Shown in pieces: positions 17,354 to 27,949 of a stretch of 64,000 nucleotides of DNA. Below the pieces are notes generated by a model, which made no database searches, was not told the origin of the DNA, and saw only the letters and a program-made list of their open reading frames with translations. Made by a program: the position numbers and the translations under genes. The stretch's first letter is position 1. Every line of letters begins with the position of its first letter. Source of the DNA: an uncultured virus (IMG/VR IMGVR_UViG_3300025934_000016). Taxonomy: Duplodnaviria; Heunggongvirae; Uroviricota; Caudoviricetes. The stretch lies in IMG/VR virus record IMGVR_UViG_3300025934_000016; one strand, given 5' to 3'.

Positions 17354-20300
17354 CTATTCGTTGACGGCCGCATCATTATTTTGCGGATCCTCGGCGCTTG
17401 GCGTTTTGCGCACTTGCTCGACTGCCTTCTTGGCGTAGTCGGCTATCCTGAAAGTGATCGCATCGATTCGAATTCGCTTCGCTTCTGGCGTGATGGTCGT
17501 GCTCGCCTTGATGAGATCCGCCTGTTTCCTCAATGTCGCCAAGTTACGTGCTACCCGTTCTAGGCTGGCCGCAGCGGCAATCGCATCCCGGTTGTCCTGT
17601 CGGTATTGCTTAGCTTCATCTAATTTACGCTCCCGTCTGAGCGCATCGTAGGTGTTCTTTTTCTCTTGCGCCTCGCCATAAGCCTTATAGAACCGCTCGA
17701 TGCTTTCCGGCTGTCCGGGAAACCTCGCCACGAAACCGCGCACCACCGGCACATCGGCAGCGCTCCCCTGCGGCTCTTCCGCCTTTTTGTTTTGGCTAAA
17801 GGGCTGGCTCGCTATATCGAGTCCGACTTGCCCCAACCCGCCAAAATACCCCCGAACCAAGTTCTCGATCTTTGCCGGCGAGTAGCCGATGGCTTGCCCT
17901 GCTGCCTTCGCGGCCTCCGACGTACCCGAGGTGTACTGTTTGGCCGGCGCAACGTCCTCTTTTCCTCGAGGGACAATCCGCCTCTCTCTGAAAAGGGAAT
18001 AGTTGGCCATGTTCTCGATCAACGGGATTGCTGCGGTCGGAATCGGGTTCGGAAGGCTGCTGAGCGCACTATTGAGGAGATCCTTCAGCGCTTGCGGGTC
18101 GTTTTTCTTGATCCACTCCAGTACGCGCTCCAGTGCGCTGCCAAACAAAAGGCCCGGCTCGAACGGCTTGGGGATCCGCCAAATGGTGTGGTCCTTGTTA
18201 AACACCGCCTTTTGTTCCGGACTCATGCCCTTCCACGTCTCTTTATCCATCGAGCCGCTTGGAACAATCCAGAAAAGATCTTTCTGCCAGCGCGGCAGCT
18301 CGTCATAGCGCGGGTCGTCCTGATTCATCAGATAAAGCAGCAGGGACGGTATGGTGATCGTGGCCAGAGCGCGAAGCAAAAAACGGCTGGGATGCTCCTT
18401 TGCGAACCGGCCCATTTTATCGAACCCCTGCATGTTGGCGTTCAAAAACGCTATCGCCTGATTCATCCCGCTCGCCTTGACGGCCGAACCCATGCGGGCG
18501 AAATCAAGCGTCACTTCGCGCGATGCCATCGCGCCCCTGAGAATGTTCTCCTTTGTCAATCCGCCTTCAGACGAAATCGCCCTGGAGAACTCCCCTACCC
18601 TTGTCGCCGCTTCGCCAAGCTCGGAGAGCGCACGGAGTGAGTCGATCGGGTGTATAATGACGGTCTTGGCGACCCCCCTCACCTGTCCGCTGTCGATCAC
18701 TTGCTTTAACGTTTTCTGCATCGAGCCGCGGTCGAGCGAGACCAGCATGGACCCCTGCCCGCCGCCCGCCTTCCAAGCGTTGTAGAGGTCATCTTTCTTG
18801 AGGATATGAAACAGGCCGCGGACAAAGTGACTGCCGGGGACATTGATGATTCCGTACTGGGAATAGAGCGCCGCAGAGAAAGCGTCGCGTACTGGGTTTC
18901 TGACGGCAAACTCCGGCGAGAGTACCGTGGCGCCAAGCCGCAGGGTTCGCGCTGGGATGCTCAGAATATTGATGAGCAAGTTCCGGGAGCTTCGATCGAG
19001 TCCCGCCATCGCCTCGTAAAGATCGGGGTGAACCTGATAGAGAACCGATTGGCCATCCTTCCAGCGCGACAGAATGTTATCCATCCCGGGCACTTTTGGG
19101 TTTGGCTTAAAGGCCGCCACGATCTCGGAGGGTATATCGACCTCGCCCTGAACGCCTAACTTCGCAAGGAGCTGGGCCACTTCCTCTTGATTGAGCTTTA
19201 CCGGGACTTTCCCGCGCGGCACCTTCTCGATGTATTTCCCCATTCCCTGACCGCTTTCGGCAAGCCTCACCAGCGCATCGGCCACGGCGTTGCGATCGGC
19301 CACGTTTATCATCGCGTAAGTGTTCTTGACGATCGACTCCAGCGGGTCGATGATCTCCCGTGAGCTACCCTTAAACTTTTTGACCGGCTTGCCGAGATTG
19401 GCGAACTTGTTGCCCCCCGCCATGCCGTCGGTGTGGCCTTCCATCAGGCGATAAAATGGGACGTACTCCTGGTTCAGTTCTTTGATTTTATCGGCGCTCT
19501 TTTTACTCAGAACGCCGGCCTTCTGCGTGTAGTCGAGTAGCGCATTGTTGTATTTCTGGAGCTCCTCGGCGGCTTTTACGAAGTGCGGCTTATCGTTATA
19601 GGCATCGAGAGTCGCCCGCACGTCATCGGCAGCAAGCCCGGTTTCTTTCCCCCGAGTCATCAGCTCAGCGGCGCGACGGGCGACGAGGTAGGCGCGGAGA
19701 TCATCGAGATTCTTTTGGAAAGGGCCAAGGATCTCGTTGAGCGGCTTCACGCCCTCAACCGGGCGGAAGGTGTCGTAATCGATCGGCCCCTCTTTCAAGA
19801 AGAGTTCGGCGCGCCCGGTCCAGCCGCGGAACAACCGCGCCAGAGTATAAGGGCTGTCGCCTGCATTTAGCGGTTCTCTGCCTTCTGACATGCGATTTTC
19901 GAATACCTTGATGTAATGGAGGTCGTCGAGCGCGCTCTTATACAGTCCGGCCAGCGTGATGGGCTTGGCGTCTTTCTCTCCGACTGATACCTGAGACAGG
20001 ACACGCGCCACGGGCGGCTGCTCCTTGTATCGTTTCCAGTCGGCGCGGGCTTTGCTCAGCGTTTCCCCGATATCGGGGTTTTTCGGTAAAAAGTCCTCTT
20101 CGAAGTATTTCAGGAACTGCGGCGCTTTGGTTTTGAGATGGTCGGGATTGGTGACATAGAACTGAATGAACTCCGCAACCCCTTCTTCCCTGTACCCGCC
20201 GTGCGGGTGGCGGCTGCCATAGAGATCTTTTCCGAGCTGGATCAGTTCTTTTTTCCCCGGCGCTCGTTTTGGGATGAACTTCTTTGACAGGAAGTGGCCA

Positions 20301-23300
20301 ATCTCGTGGGCGGCGACCTGCATGTCGTTTGCCTTCTTTAAACGGATGACTTCCTCTTTGACCTTGAAAAAACCACGAGCTTTCATCTGTGAGAAATTGC
20401 CGTGCCCTGAACGGATCGGGACCTGAAAGGCTTCCTGCAGGTCGCGGATGATATCGCCCCGGCGCTGAATCGGCTCCGCGTTCGCCCCGGCCGGCGGCTG
20501 GTAGTTTCGCTCCAGCGGGGAGACGGACTGCGGCACGTCTTTCGGACTCTTGCGGAGTTCGGGAAAGCCTTGGGTTTGCGGTTCGGGATACCCATGCGCC
20601 CCTCGCGTTCCAGTTCTTTGCCTTTTCGGCGCTTCTTTGACTGCTGGCTCGGTTTCTGGATCTCCTTCTTCTGTCGTGGCTTTCACGCCCTCAATCGGCT
20701 TTCCCGTGGGCTTGGGAATTGGAACTTTGAAAGGCCTGTGCGGTTCTCCGCCGATACTTGTCTTTATTCCTTTTGCCCGCTGTAAAACCTCACTGAGAGA
20801 TTCCTTCGTCCGTAGCACGGTAAAATCCCCGTCGCCGGGAATCTTGATTGTAACCGTAGCCTTATCGAGTCGTTCCAGTTTTGGACGGTTTTTCTTCTCC
20901 CATTTGTCTTGGGCGGTTCTGTTTGCCTTAATGAGCTTTTCCCTTTCTGCTGCCGGAAGCGAGGTGTTAAAGACCGTGTTGCTCGGTCGAGTGTTGTAGA
21001 TCGCCCTCGCCTGCGCTTGGATATCTGCCTTGGAAGGGGCGGCTTTAATCAACGCTTCGAGCCGTGAGACGATTTCACTTTTAAGCTCTTGCGCGGGCCG
21101 TTCCCCCTCGTGTTGGGCGGTTTTTTTGACTGCAGTTTTGATCTCCTCCACTGCAGGTGCGGCCTCCGGCTGGCCTTTGGCCTTGATGTCTTCTTTTTCG
21201 GCGGTTTGCGGCTTGCCCGCTTCAGATTTTTTTTCTCTTAGTTGCGCATTCTCGCGCTCTAGTCGCGCGATTTGGTCCTGGACGGACTGATCGGAGGGTT
21301 TGGATTCGGCCTGTTTCCCTTGTAACTCGTCAAAGATTTTCAGCCGTTCGGCCTTACCCTCTGGCGATAGGTATGGTGTTTTTTCCGTTATGGTTCGAAA
21401 TTCCTCAAGTCGCTGAGTGGGCAAATCTCTCAGCTTCGCTTCTGTTTCCGGTGTGATTGCATCATGCTGAACTTCGACGGGCGCATTGTTGCCCGAGGTG
21501 TCGACCACGAATGTCCTATTCCCACGTCTCTCAACCTTGTCTCTGCCAACCTGAAAGTCCGATATTTGATCCGGTCGAAGCAGTTTTTTTGAACGCGGGG
21601 GCGGCGGTGTTTCTTTGGACGGAGGCACTTGCTTGCGTAATTTGGCATTCTCCGCTTCAAGCTGTTTCGATCTTTCTTCGATGTTTGGGCTAGTTTTATC
21701 CTTCAGCCAGTAATCGGCTTTCTCTCGTAGTTGTTGATCGGATAAGCCTTTCAGGTGCTGGCGGAATTCGTCATCGCTTTTGGCGATACGCTCCGCCTGC
21801 TGTTGCTCCGCTGCTTCGCGTGTGGGTTGGCGTGTACCGACGCGCGTTCCCTGCTCGCTCAGATAAGAGTATCCGGCTACGCGCCGCTCACCTGTAGACT
21901 TGACGCCGAACGGCAGACCAAAACCGGAATACCATTTGCCATCGGTGCCTTTGAGTTCGACGCTCTCCACGACGGGCATCGGCTTGCGGCTTGCGGCTTT
22001 CACTATTTTCTCAATCAACTGTTCACGTTCGCCTGTCGGCTGTACCTCTTCCCCTTTCTCCCCCTTCATCGCCTTCACTCTTTCCGCCGCTTTCGCTTTG
22101 GCCGCTTCGCGGTCGGCCTGAGTGGGTTCCTCGACCTTCGGCGCTTGGGTCTCGGCCTTTGCAGTCGTAGGAGGAACACGCGCCGCCTCGTTAGCGGCGA
22201 ACGCTTGGGCCTCAACGAGAGTCATTGGTTTTGCGGGGTCGTTCAGGTGAGCGCGCGCCCCATTAACCGTAGCGACGACATCGAACTTGCCCCGCTCAGC
22301 GTCTGATTCAAGTATCCTTACGCTCGTGCCATCTGGCTTGACCGCTACTCCGGTGCGCCTGATTTGCTTGTCGAAATTTCTTAACCACTGCGGTGCGTTT
22401 ACCTTGTCCGCTTCGGTGAACCCGCCTGGAGGTGGCTTGCTGAGAAGCGCCGGCTTGGGTGCTTTTGCCTTCTCCACCCGCTCCGCCGCTTTGGCCTTCG
22501 CGGCTTCGCGGAGCCGTTTCTGCTCGGCTTCGGCGGCTGCAATCTTTTCCTCGATGCTCGGTTTAGCTTCGGCGGGCTTCGTCGGCTCCCGGATCGGGGC
22601 AGGCCCAGTCTTTTTTACCCGATCGTAAACCTCGCCGAATTCCTTTGCGCCAAGCTCGAGGGGGCTAGATGCACGTAATCCCCATTCCTGAACGTATCGG
22701 GAATAGGCACCTTGTCTGTCTACCCCTGCCGCAATCGCGCGTTCCGCTACTGCATAGGGATCAACTCTTGATGATGGTAATTCAGATGGGGGTGGAGGCT
22801 TAGCTTGGGCCCTCGTTGCCCGTTCTGCGTCAATCTCAGCTTGTGCCTTGGCGATGGCAGCAGGTTGATGTATCTCAGCCTCACGCTCTAAGTCGGATCT
22901 TTGGTCACGTAGTATTCGGCCTGCTTGGCTATCAACTCGAATTTCTGGGTTTCTATTCAGTTCAGATAATTGCTTTTGCAGTGCTTCATATTTGGCTGCA
23001 CTTGGTTCAGGTGAAGCGGGTGAAGTTGCTCCTGGTTCCGCAACCGGCTGCTCCAGCTTACCGAGCCGGTCTTTCGCCCCCTGCGCGCTGGCGACCTGCG
23101 CCTCGGGTTTCGCTTCTGGCGGCTTTTCTTCCACGGCCGGCGCTGGCGTTTCAGCAGGCTTCGCTTCCGCTGGTGGCGGATAGGCTTGCGGGCGAAACGG
23201 TAACTCTGCTGTCGGCTCCCCTTTGGCCAAAGGCTCAATTGGAGTATCTGCTTTGATCTCAGTAAACCCTGCCGGTGATAATTCACCGGGCGGTGATAAT

Positions 23301-24760
23301 TCACGTGATAATTCACCGGGAGTAGGCTTCGGCGCTGGCGCTTTGGCCTGTACCGCAGGTGGTACAGGTTCCTCGGGTCCTTCGAGCATCCCCCCGCTCG
23401 GTCCTGGCGGCTGTTCTCCACCCGGCTGCGTTGGCGCGGCGGCTGGTGCTTCGGGCCTTGCGCCCGCTTGTCGGCGCGCCCACTCATCGGCGTAGATCTT
23501 GTAGCGCGGGTCGAGGTTGGGATCGAGAATCTTGAGCGCGGCTTGGACGTGGGCGTCGCTTGACTGGCGCGCGACTCCGGCAACCGCGGACGCATCATCG
23601 GGTGAGAGGTCGCGTAGCGGCTCGGCGGAGGAGAGTTTCGCGGCCATTTCGGGATTGAGATTTCCCCAATCGCCAAACAGCCGGCCGCGGGCGTAGCGCA
23701 ACGCTTGGCCTAAAGGTACGTGCGGCGAACCCGGCGCGTTCATCATTGCGGTATTGATCGCTCCGGCTATATCCTGGCCGAGTGTTGGGTAAAATTCCGG
23801 CTTGATCGAGCTGATCGCCTCTGTTCCTGCTCTGAAAGCGTCAGAAACTATTTCCGGCATTGGGTTTACGATCGCGCCAAGATCGGGCGTCGGCTTTCCC
23901 GCCAAGTCGGTTGTCATTGGCGGCTTACCCTGTATCGCTTGCACAAGGCCCGGGAACGGCACCATCTTTTGTGCGGCTGGGGTATCGAGTGGTGGAGTCA
24001 GTGTGCTCACTAAGGCATTGCTGACTACATTCCCCGCCGACTTGGCGATCCCGGCAAGCCTATCCTTCCACCCCTTTGCCGCCTCGTTTTCCGCCCGCAC
24101 CCGAGAGGCTCCGGCAAGCGGCGGGACCGGCTCTGTGGCCGAGGGGATGTTGTTGGCGCCCATGTCCGGCATTTCGCCAACCTGAATCTGTGGCGATGGG
24201 GTTGGAATGAGCGATCTCAGTCGCTCTTTTATTCCGGCGAGGGGGTTGGGGTTTTGCGGGACTGGCGGATTGACTTTAGGTAGCGGGGGTGGAGGCAGTT
24301 GGCCGGGATCAAGGATGTTTCTTCCCGTAGTCGTGTCGGTGACGTTCCCCGTGTCATCGACCGCGTATTGCTGGTTTAGCTCTTTTGGCGCTCCTGGCGA
24401 TGGTTTATCCCACCAGCCTTGAGCGCGCCCCTTGCCGGGCCACAACTCCGATGCTGAGGGCAACTCGGGGACGCTCGGGAGATACGACTTGACCGTCTCC
24501 ATGGAGGGAATGGACGGCATGGACGGAAGCGCAGGAAGGGCGTTTTTGACCGTGCTGGCCGCGCTCTTGACCGCGCCCGTGGCGCGTTCCATTAATGAGG
24601 GTTCGGGCGGTTTGAGCGGTATGAATTCCTCGTCCGGGGCGAGCTCCCTAAATCCCTTCGGCGAGGAGCCCATAGGCCCGCCGTAGGTGGCTGGAATCTC
24701 CCCCTTGGCGAACGGGATAACCTCGTCGTCCGGGGCGAGCTCTCTGAAACCTTCAGGCAT
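17354..24760 (-). CDS. Large polyvalent / internal virion protein with zincin-like motif and C-terminal LPD38-like domain
   Basis: 2468 aa; AAHEIGH...EEGVAEF; DPRYDELPRWQKDLFWIVP...RIPKPFE; follows the ejection genes. Confidence 0.8.
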   Translation of the reverse strand: MPEGFRELAPDDEVIPFAKGEIPATYGGPMGSSPKGFRELAPDEEFIPLKPPEPSLMERATGAVKSAASTVKNALPALPSMPSIPSMETVKSYLPSVPELPSASELWPGKGRAQGWWDKPSPGAPKELNQQYAVDDTGNVTDTTTGRNILDPGQLPPPPLPKVNPPVPQNPNPLAGIKERLRSLIPTPSPQIQVGEMPDMGANNIPSATEPVPPLAGASRVRAENEAAKGWKDRLAGIAKSAGNVVSNALVSTLTPPLDTPAAQKMVPFPGLVQAIQGKPPMTTDLAGKPTPDLGAIVNPMPEIVSDAFRAGTEAISSIKPEFYPTLGQDIAGAINTAMMNAPGSPHVPLGQALRYARGRLFGDWGNLNPEMAAKLSSAEPLRDLSPDDASAVAGVARQSSDAHVQAALKILDPNLDPRYKIYADEWARRQAGARPEAPAAAPTQPGGEQPPGPSGGMLEGPEEPVPPAVQAKAPAPKPTPGELSRELSPPGELSPAGFTEIKADTPIEPLAKGEPTAELPFRPQAYPPPAEAKPAETPAPAVEEKPPEAKPEAQVASAQGAKDRLGKLEQPVAEPGATSPASPEPSAAKYEALQKQLSELNRNPEIRVDSQAGRILRDQRSDLEREAEIHQPAAIAKAQAEIDAERATRAQAKPPPPSELPSSRVDPYAVAERAIAAGVDRQGAYSRYVQEWGLRASSPLELGAKEFGEVYDRVKKTGPAPIREPTKPAEAKPSIEEKIAAAEAEQKRLREAAKAKAAERVEKAKAPKPALLSKPPPGGFTEADKVNAPQWLRNFDKQIRRTGVAVKPDGTSVRILESDAERGKFDVVATVNGARAHLNDPAKPMTLVEAQAFAANEAARVPPTTAKAETQAPKVEEPTQADREAAKAKAAERVKAMKGEKGEEVQPTGEREQLIEKIVKAASRKPMPVVESVELKGTDGKWYSGFGLPFGVKSTGERRVAGYSYLSEQGTRVGTRQPTREAAEQQQAERIAKSDDEFRQHLKGLSDQQLREKADYWLKDKTSPNIEERSKQLEAENAKLRKQVPPSKETPPPPRSKKLLRPDQISDFQVGRDKVERRGNRTFVVDTSGNNAPVEVQHDAITPETEAKLRDLPTQRLEEFRTITEKTPYLSPEGKAERLKIFDELQGKQAESKPSDQSVQDQIARLERENAQLREKKSEAGKPQTAEKEDIKAKGQPEAAPAVEEIKTAVKKTAQHEGERPAQELKSEIVSRLEALIKAAPSKADIQAQARAIYNTRPSNTVFNTSLPAAEREKLIKANRTAQDKWEKKNRPKLERLDKATVTIKIPGDGDFTVLRTKESLSEVLQRAKGIKTSIGGEPHRPFKVPIPKPTGKPIEGVKATTEEGDPETEPAVKEAPKRQRTGTRGAHGYPEPQTQGFPELRKSPKDVPQSVSPLERNYQPPAGANAEPIQRRGDIIRDLQEAFQVPIRSGHGNFSQMKARGFFKVKEEVIRLKKANDMQVAAHEIGHFLSKKFIPKRAPGKKELIQLGKDLYGSRHPHGGYREEGVAEFIQFYVTNPDHLKTKAPQFLKYFEEDFLPKNPDIGETLSKARADWKRYKEQPPVARVLSQVSVGEKDAKPITLAGLYKSALDDLHYIKVFENRMSEGREPLNAGDSPYTLARLFRGWTGRAELFLKEGPIDYDTFRPVEGVKPLNEILGPFQKNLDDLRAYLVARRAAELMTRGKETGLAADDVRATLDAYNDKPHFVKAAEELQKYNNALLDYTQKAGVLSKKSADKIKELNQEYVPFYRLMEGHTDGMAGGNKFANLGKPVKKFKGSSREIIDPLESIVKNTYAMINVADRNAVADALVRLAESGQGMGKYIEKVPRGKVPVKLNQEEVAQLLAKLGVQGEVDIPSEIVAAFKPNPKVPGMDNILSRWKDGQSVLYQVHPDLYEAMAGLDRSSRNLLINILSIPARTLRLGATVLSPEFAVRNPVRDAFSAALYSQYGIINVPGSHFVRGLFHILKKDDLYNAWKAGGGQGSMLVSLDRGSMQKTLKQVIDSGQVRGVAKTVIIHPIDSLRALSELGEAATRVGEFSRAISSEGGLTKENILRGAMASREVTLDFARMGSAVKASGMNQAIAFLNANMQGFDKMGRFAKEHPSRFLLRALATITIPSLLLYLMNQDDPRYDELPRWQKDLFWIVPSGSMDKETWKGMSPEQKAVFNKDHTIWRIPKPFEPGLLFGSALERVLEWIKKNDPQALKDLLNSALSSLPNPIPTAAIPLIENMANYSLFRERRIVPRGKEDVAPAKQYTSGTSEAAKAAGQAIGYSPAKIENLVRGYFGGLGQVGLDIASQPFSQNKKAEEPQGSAADVPVVRGFVARFPGQPESIERFYKAYGEAQEKKNTYDALRRERKLDEAKQYRQDNRDAIAAAASLERVARNLATLRKQADLIKASTTITPEAKRIRIDAITFRIADYAKKAVEQVRKTPSAEDPQNNDAAVNE

Positions 24761-25906
24761 TTAGTTAGCTACGTATTTTTTGCCGTCTGCGCCCTGATAG
24801 ACCGTCTTGCCGTCCTTGGTCCTGCCGATCGGTTTCCCCGGAGGTGCGGCGGCGGGCTGAGGCGCGGCTGCTGCGGGCTGTGCACCGTTAGGATTTTTCC
24901 CGATATCGGCTAGCCTCGAACGAACGGCTCGTATCGCATCGTTGATGACTGGCTTATCCTCTTCGGGTGTCTCAATGGAGTCGCGCTCACGGATAAGCGC
25001 GTTCATAGCCGCCGACGCTTGTCCCGTCGTGGCTCTCGGATCGGCCGCTGTCTTGGCGAGATTGTTGAGCCTGCTTGCTCTGGCCGTGGCCGCGCCCGCC
25101 TGAGCCTTAGAGTTACTCGCTGAAGCATTGGCCGCACCCGTCTGTGCGCCTATCAGGCCTGGGCGTTGCTGCTCGGTTCTAAGTTTTGCCGCCTCGAGCG
25201 CCGATTGTTCGGGCGATAGTTGGCGGGCCGGGGCTGACAGAGCGGGGGTTGGTGCTGATGGCCATGTGATCTCCCCAGTGGTCGGATCTTTAATTGGAAT
25301 CATCGTGCCATACTCGCTGACCACTGGGCGCGGCAATGTTGCTGGGCGCCTCCCTACTCCTGGAACTAGCTGTGTTGCCGTCGTTTCCCCTGGCGCGACA
25401 CCGTAATAGCCTGTTTCCGGACTCCCGAAGTGCTGCATCGGCTGTTGCTTGGCCGTAAGCGCGCGCTCGGCAATGCCGAGCGCCGCAGAGGGATTGCGCG
25501 AAACGGCCAGCGCCTCGCCGAGCTTTTGCATCTGGGGGCTGAACACGGGTTTCTGTGAGACCGTAGTTTGTTGTTCCAGAGGAACAGGCGCGACCGGCGT
25601 GCCCTGATCATCGGGTGCGCTCGGCATCGAGAAGCTCGCCGTTTGCGGGTTAACTGGCATTGACGCCACAGTGCTGGTCGATGAGACCGGCGTGATCGAT
25701 TTGAACACATCGCCGATCTTTTGGCTGAGAATCTTGTTCTCCTCATCTGCCTTTCGCTGTTCGGCGTAGCGATTGGTGATCGCCATGCCGGTATTTAGGC
25801 CCTGCGCGATGTTCGCACCGCGCGGGCCGGTGGCGGAGACAAGCGCGGAAAGGAGCGGATAGCCGAGCTGAAAGCCCGTAGAACTTGCAATATCTGACCA
25901 GTCCAT
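24761..25906 (-). CDS. Putative DNA ejection protein
   Basis: A/P/Q-rich; C-terminal GRTKDGKTVYQGADGKKY; position. Confidence 0.6.
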   Translation of the reverse strand: MDWSDIASSTGFQLGYPLLSALVSATGPRGANIAQGLNTGMAITNRYAEQRKADEENKILSQKIGDVFKSITPVSSTSTVASMPVNPQTASFSMPSAPDDQGTPVAPVPLEQQTTVSQKPVFSPQMQKLGEALAVSRNPSAALGIAERALTAKQQPMQHFGSPETGYYGVAPGETTATQLVPGVGRRPATLPRPVVSEYGTMIPIKDPTTGEITWPSAPTPALSAPARQLSPEQSALEAAKLRTEQQRPGLIGAQTGAANASASNSKAQAGAATARASRLNNLAKTAADPRATTGQASAAMNALIRERDSIETPEEDKPVINDAIRAVRSRLADIGKNPNGAQPAAAAPQPAAAPPGKPIGRTKDGKTVYQGADGKKYVAN

Positions 25907-25913
25907 AATGTTT

Positions 25914-26207
25914 TTAGTACCCCTGCCGATGTTTCAAATAATCGCCGAGAGGGTCGGACTGCGGAACGCTCTGCATCACGAGGGCCTGCGCGGCCTTGGG
26001 ATCAAGCCCCGGGACTTGTGGGGTGCCTCCCGCTACTGGCGGCGGTTCGAACTTTGGCGCGGTGGGCTGTAGTGGTGGGGTTTTCTGGTCGGGTAGCTGC
26101 GGTTGCACTGCGGGCATCCCGCCCGCTCCGCCCCTGCCAGGAATCTGTTTTGCGGCCATGCTGCCTACTACCGCAACTGCGCTTGCGCCAATCATTGCCC
26201 AAGTCAT
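25914..26207 (-). CDS. Small putative ejection protein
   Basis: MTWAMIGASAVAVVGS N-terminus; Pro-rich. Confidence 0.6.
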   Translation of the reverse strand: MTWAMIGASAVAVVGSMAAKQIPGRGGAGGMPAVQPQLPDQKTPPLQPTAPKFEPPPVAGGTPQVPGLDPKAAQALVMQSVPQSDPLGDYLKHRQGY

Positions 26208-26707
26208 AACTTCTCCTCGATACTGAGTTCTTCGACCGATGATTTGAGTCCGAGGGTCTCATAGTCCGGCGCGATCACTTCCTCCTCGATCTCTTTTAAA
26301 AACTCCTCTCCGCAATACTTGGTCAAATGGACCGTGGTCCAAATCGTGTCCTCTTCGGCATAAACCGCACGCTTCAATCCCGGCTCGGAGACAAACGTTG
26401 AGGGCGCTTCAAAATACTTCTTTCCGAACTCCGTATTGACCGAGACCTTGCCCCGCATGATGAAGTTTAGGTGCGCGTGGCGGTGTATCTTCCCGATGAC
26501 GAGCGAGCCTTTCGGCAAAAAGATCTGGCGCGCGTAGGCCGCGCACCCATACTTTTGATCGATCGGCGTGAAATAGTGCGTGAGCGTACATTGGCCGAGC
26601 ACGTCTTTGAGCTCGCCCCGCGCAATCATCTCCCGCATCTCGTCCTGAGCCTTTATCATCGACTCGCGGAACTGAACTCTCTCTAGCGTGTTGGTAAGCT
26701 CGTTCAT
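26204..26707 (-). CDS. Cupin-like phage protein
   Basis: YARQIFLPKGSLVIGKIHRHAHLN...PGLKRAVYAEEDTIWTTVH. Confidence 0.75.
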   Translation of the reverse strand: MNELTNTLERVQFRESMIKAQDEMREMIARGELKDVLGQCTLTHYFTPIDQKYGCAAYARQIFLPKGSLVIGKIHRHAHLNFIMRGKVSVNTEFGKKYFEAPSTFVSEPGLKRAVYAEEDTIWTTVHLTKYCGEEFLKEIEEEVIAPDYETLGLKSSVEELSIEEKL

Positions 26708-27531
26708 TTCGACGCGCCGCTCGACTTGACCGTCTGGCCCAGGTTGGACGGTAGTTGGCCCAAAATCCCATACGTTCCCTGCTCCGCGAGCGCCTGCTGG
26801 CGGAGGAAGTCTTGCTGCTGCGCGGCTGCGTCTTCGCTCTGGACTCCCCTTTCCGTCTGCCCGGTCGTGAGTAGCGCGTTTAAAGCGGCTAGGCGCCGCT
26901 GGGTGTCCTGACTGCCAAGCCCTGCGTACTGGCCCGCGGTATTGAGGGCGGTGGACGTTTCGCGCCCTATCTGATTCTCGCTGGCGTTTGTCTGTCTTCC
27001 GATCCTCGCCTCGTTGGCCGACTGCTCGCGTTGGAGCGCTTCTTGAGTTGCCGGGTAGAGATAGCCCGCCGCGCCGCGCGCCATGGCATCGCCCGCCGAA
27101 GTCGATTTACCGAGTCCCATCAGCCCGTACTGGTTTTGAATTCCCGGTTCCGCCTGGCTCTTGTAGGCGTTGTAGGCCGCGGCTATCGAGGGATCGTTGG
27201 CAAGGTCGGCCCCGCTGGCCCGCCCGCTCTGCCCTGCGTAGGGCATCGAGCTCTGGCCGGCATAGTTGTTTGCGTATTGCAGATTGCCAAAAGCCGCGTT
27301 TTCTCCGGCTGTCTGATTACCGACTCCGGGCGCCGTGCCGATCGCCGATTGCTGGTTCCCGGTAAGTCCCGGCACCTGCAGCGCATGAGGGGCTATATAG
27401 TCGCCCGGATTAAACCCCGGTTGGTCCTGAAGGGCGCCGACCCTGCCGGCGGTCTTGCTGGTGAGTTCCGAGAGCTCCGGGGGAATGTTGTTGGTGGTGG
27501 TGCTTTTGCCGCTGCCGCTCGAACCGCCCAT
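26704..27531 (-). CDS. Putative DNA ejection/pilot protein
   Basis: MGGSSGSGKSTTT start; G/Q/A-rich; position after tail genes. Confidence 0.65.
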   Translation of the reverse strand: MGGSSGSGKSTTTNNIPPELSELTSKTAGRVGALQDQPGFNPGDYIAPHALQVPGLTGNQQSAIGTAPGVGNQTAGENAAFGNLQYANNYAGQSSMPYAGQSGRASGADLANDPSIAAAYNAYKSQAEPGIQNQYGLMGLGKSTSAGDAMARGAAGYLYPATQEALQREQSANEARIGRQTNASENQIGRETSTALNTAGQYAGLGSQDTQRRLAALNALLTTGQTERGVQSEDAAAQQQDFLRQQALAEQGTYGILGQLPSNLGQTVKSSGASK

Positions 27532-27553
27532 TAGAATTTCCTCTTGGCCTTGA

Positions 27554-27949
27554 TCATTTGAAGGCTCCCTTGTTGCCGACTAGGCCCGCTGCCCCGGTGT
27601 AGCTCTGGTACGGGCTGGTCGGGGGTGGTGGCTTGGTATTTATCGGGGTCAGCGCTGTGGGCGCGGTGTAGTTGGTAGATCCCCCGGCGTCTGGCGCGGC
27701 GGGCGGCTTGGGCGCGGGTGGCGCTACGCCCGCGCTGTTCTGGTTGTATGTTGCGGCCATGGACGGGTCGAACCCTGTCGGCGCCGCGGGTGCGGTTTGA
27801 GGCGACGGCAGGCTGGAAGGCGCTTGGGAGACCATTCCCGCAAGCCGGTTCTGCTCGCTCTGCCCTCCCCCGCCGCTCGTCAGGTTGCTCGGGGCGCTTG
27901 ACGGCTCTTTAGTAGTTGGCGTTGTTCCGCTGCCGCTGTTTCCTGCCAT
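27554..27949 (-). CDS. Low-complexity P/S/T-rich protein
   Basis: 131-aa ORF, TAATG coupling. Confidence 0.65.
   Translation of the reverse strand: MAGNSGSGTTPTTKEPSSAPSNLTSGGGGQSEQNRLAGMVSQAPSSLPSPQTAPAAPTGFDPSMAATYNQNSAGVAPPAPKPPAAPDAGGSTNYTAPTALTPINTKPPPPTSPYQSYTGAAGLVGNKGAFK

Noticed and set aside
17666..18640. Long plus-strand ORFs across the structural region
   Set aside because: Antisense artefacts of GC-rich minus-strand genes with no recognisable motifs
23273..23300. Lambda-type operator (TATCACCG)
   Set aside because: Spacing is 18 rather than 17 bp, the site is intragenic, and no lambda CI-like protein is present
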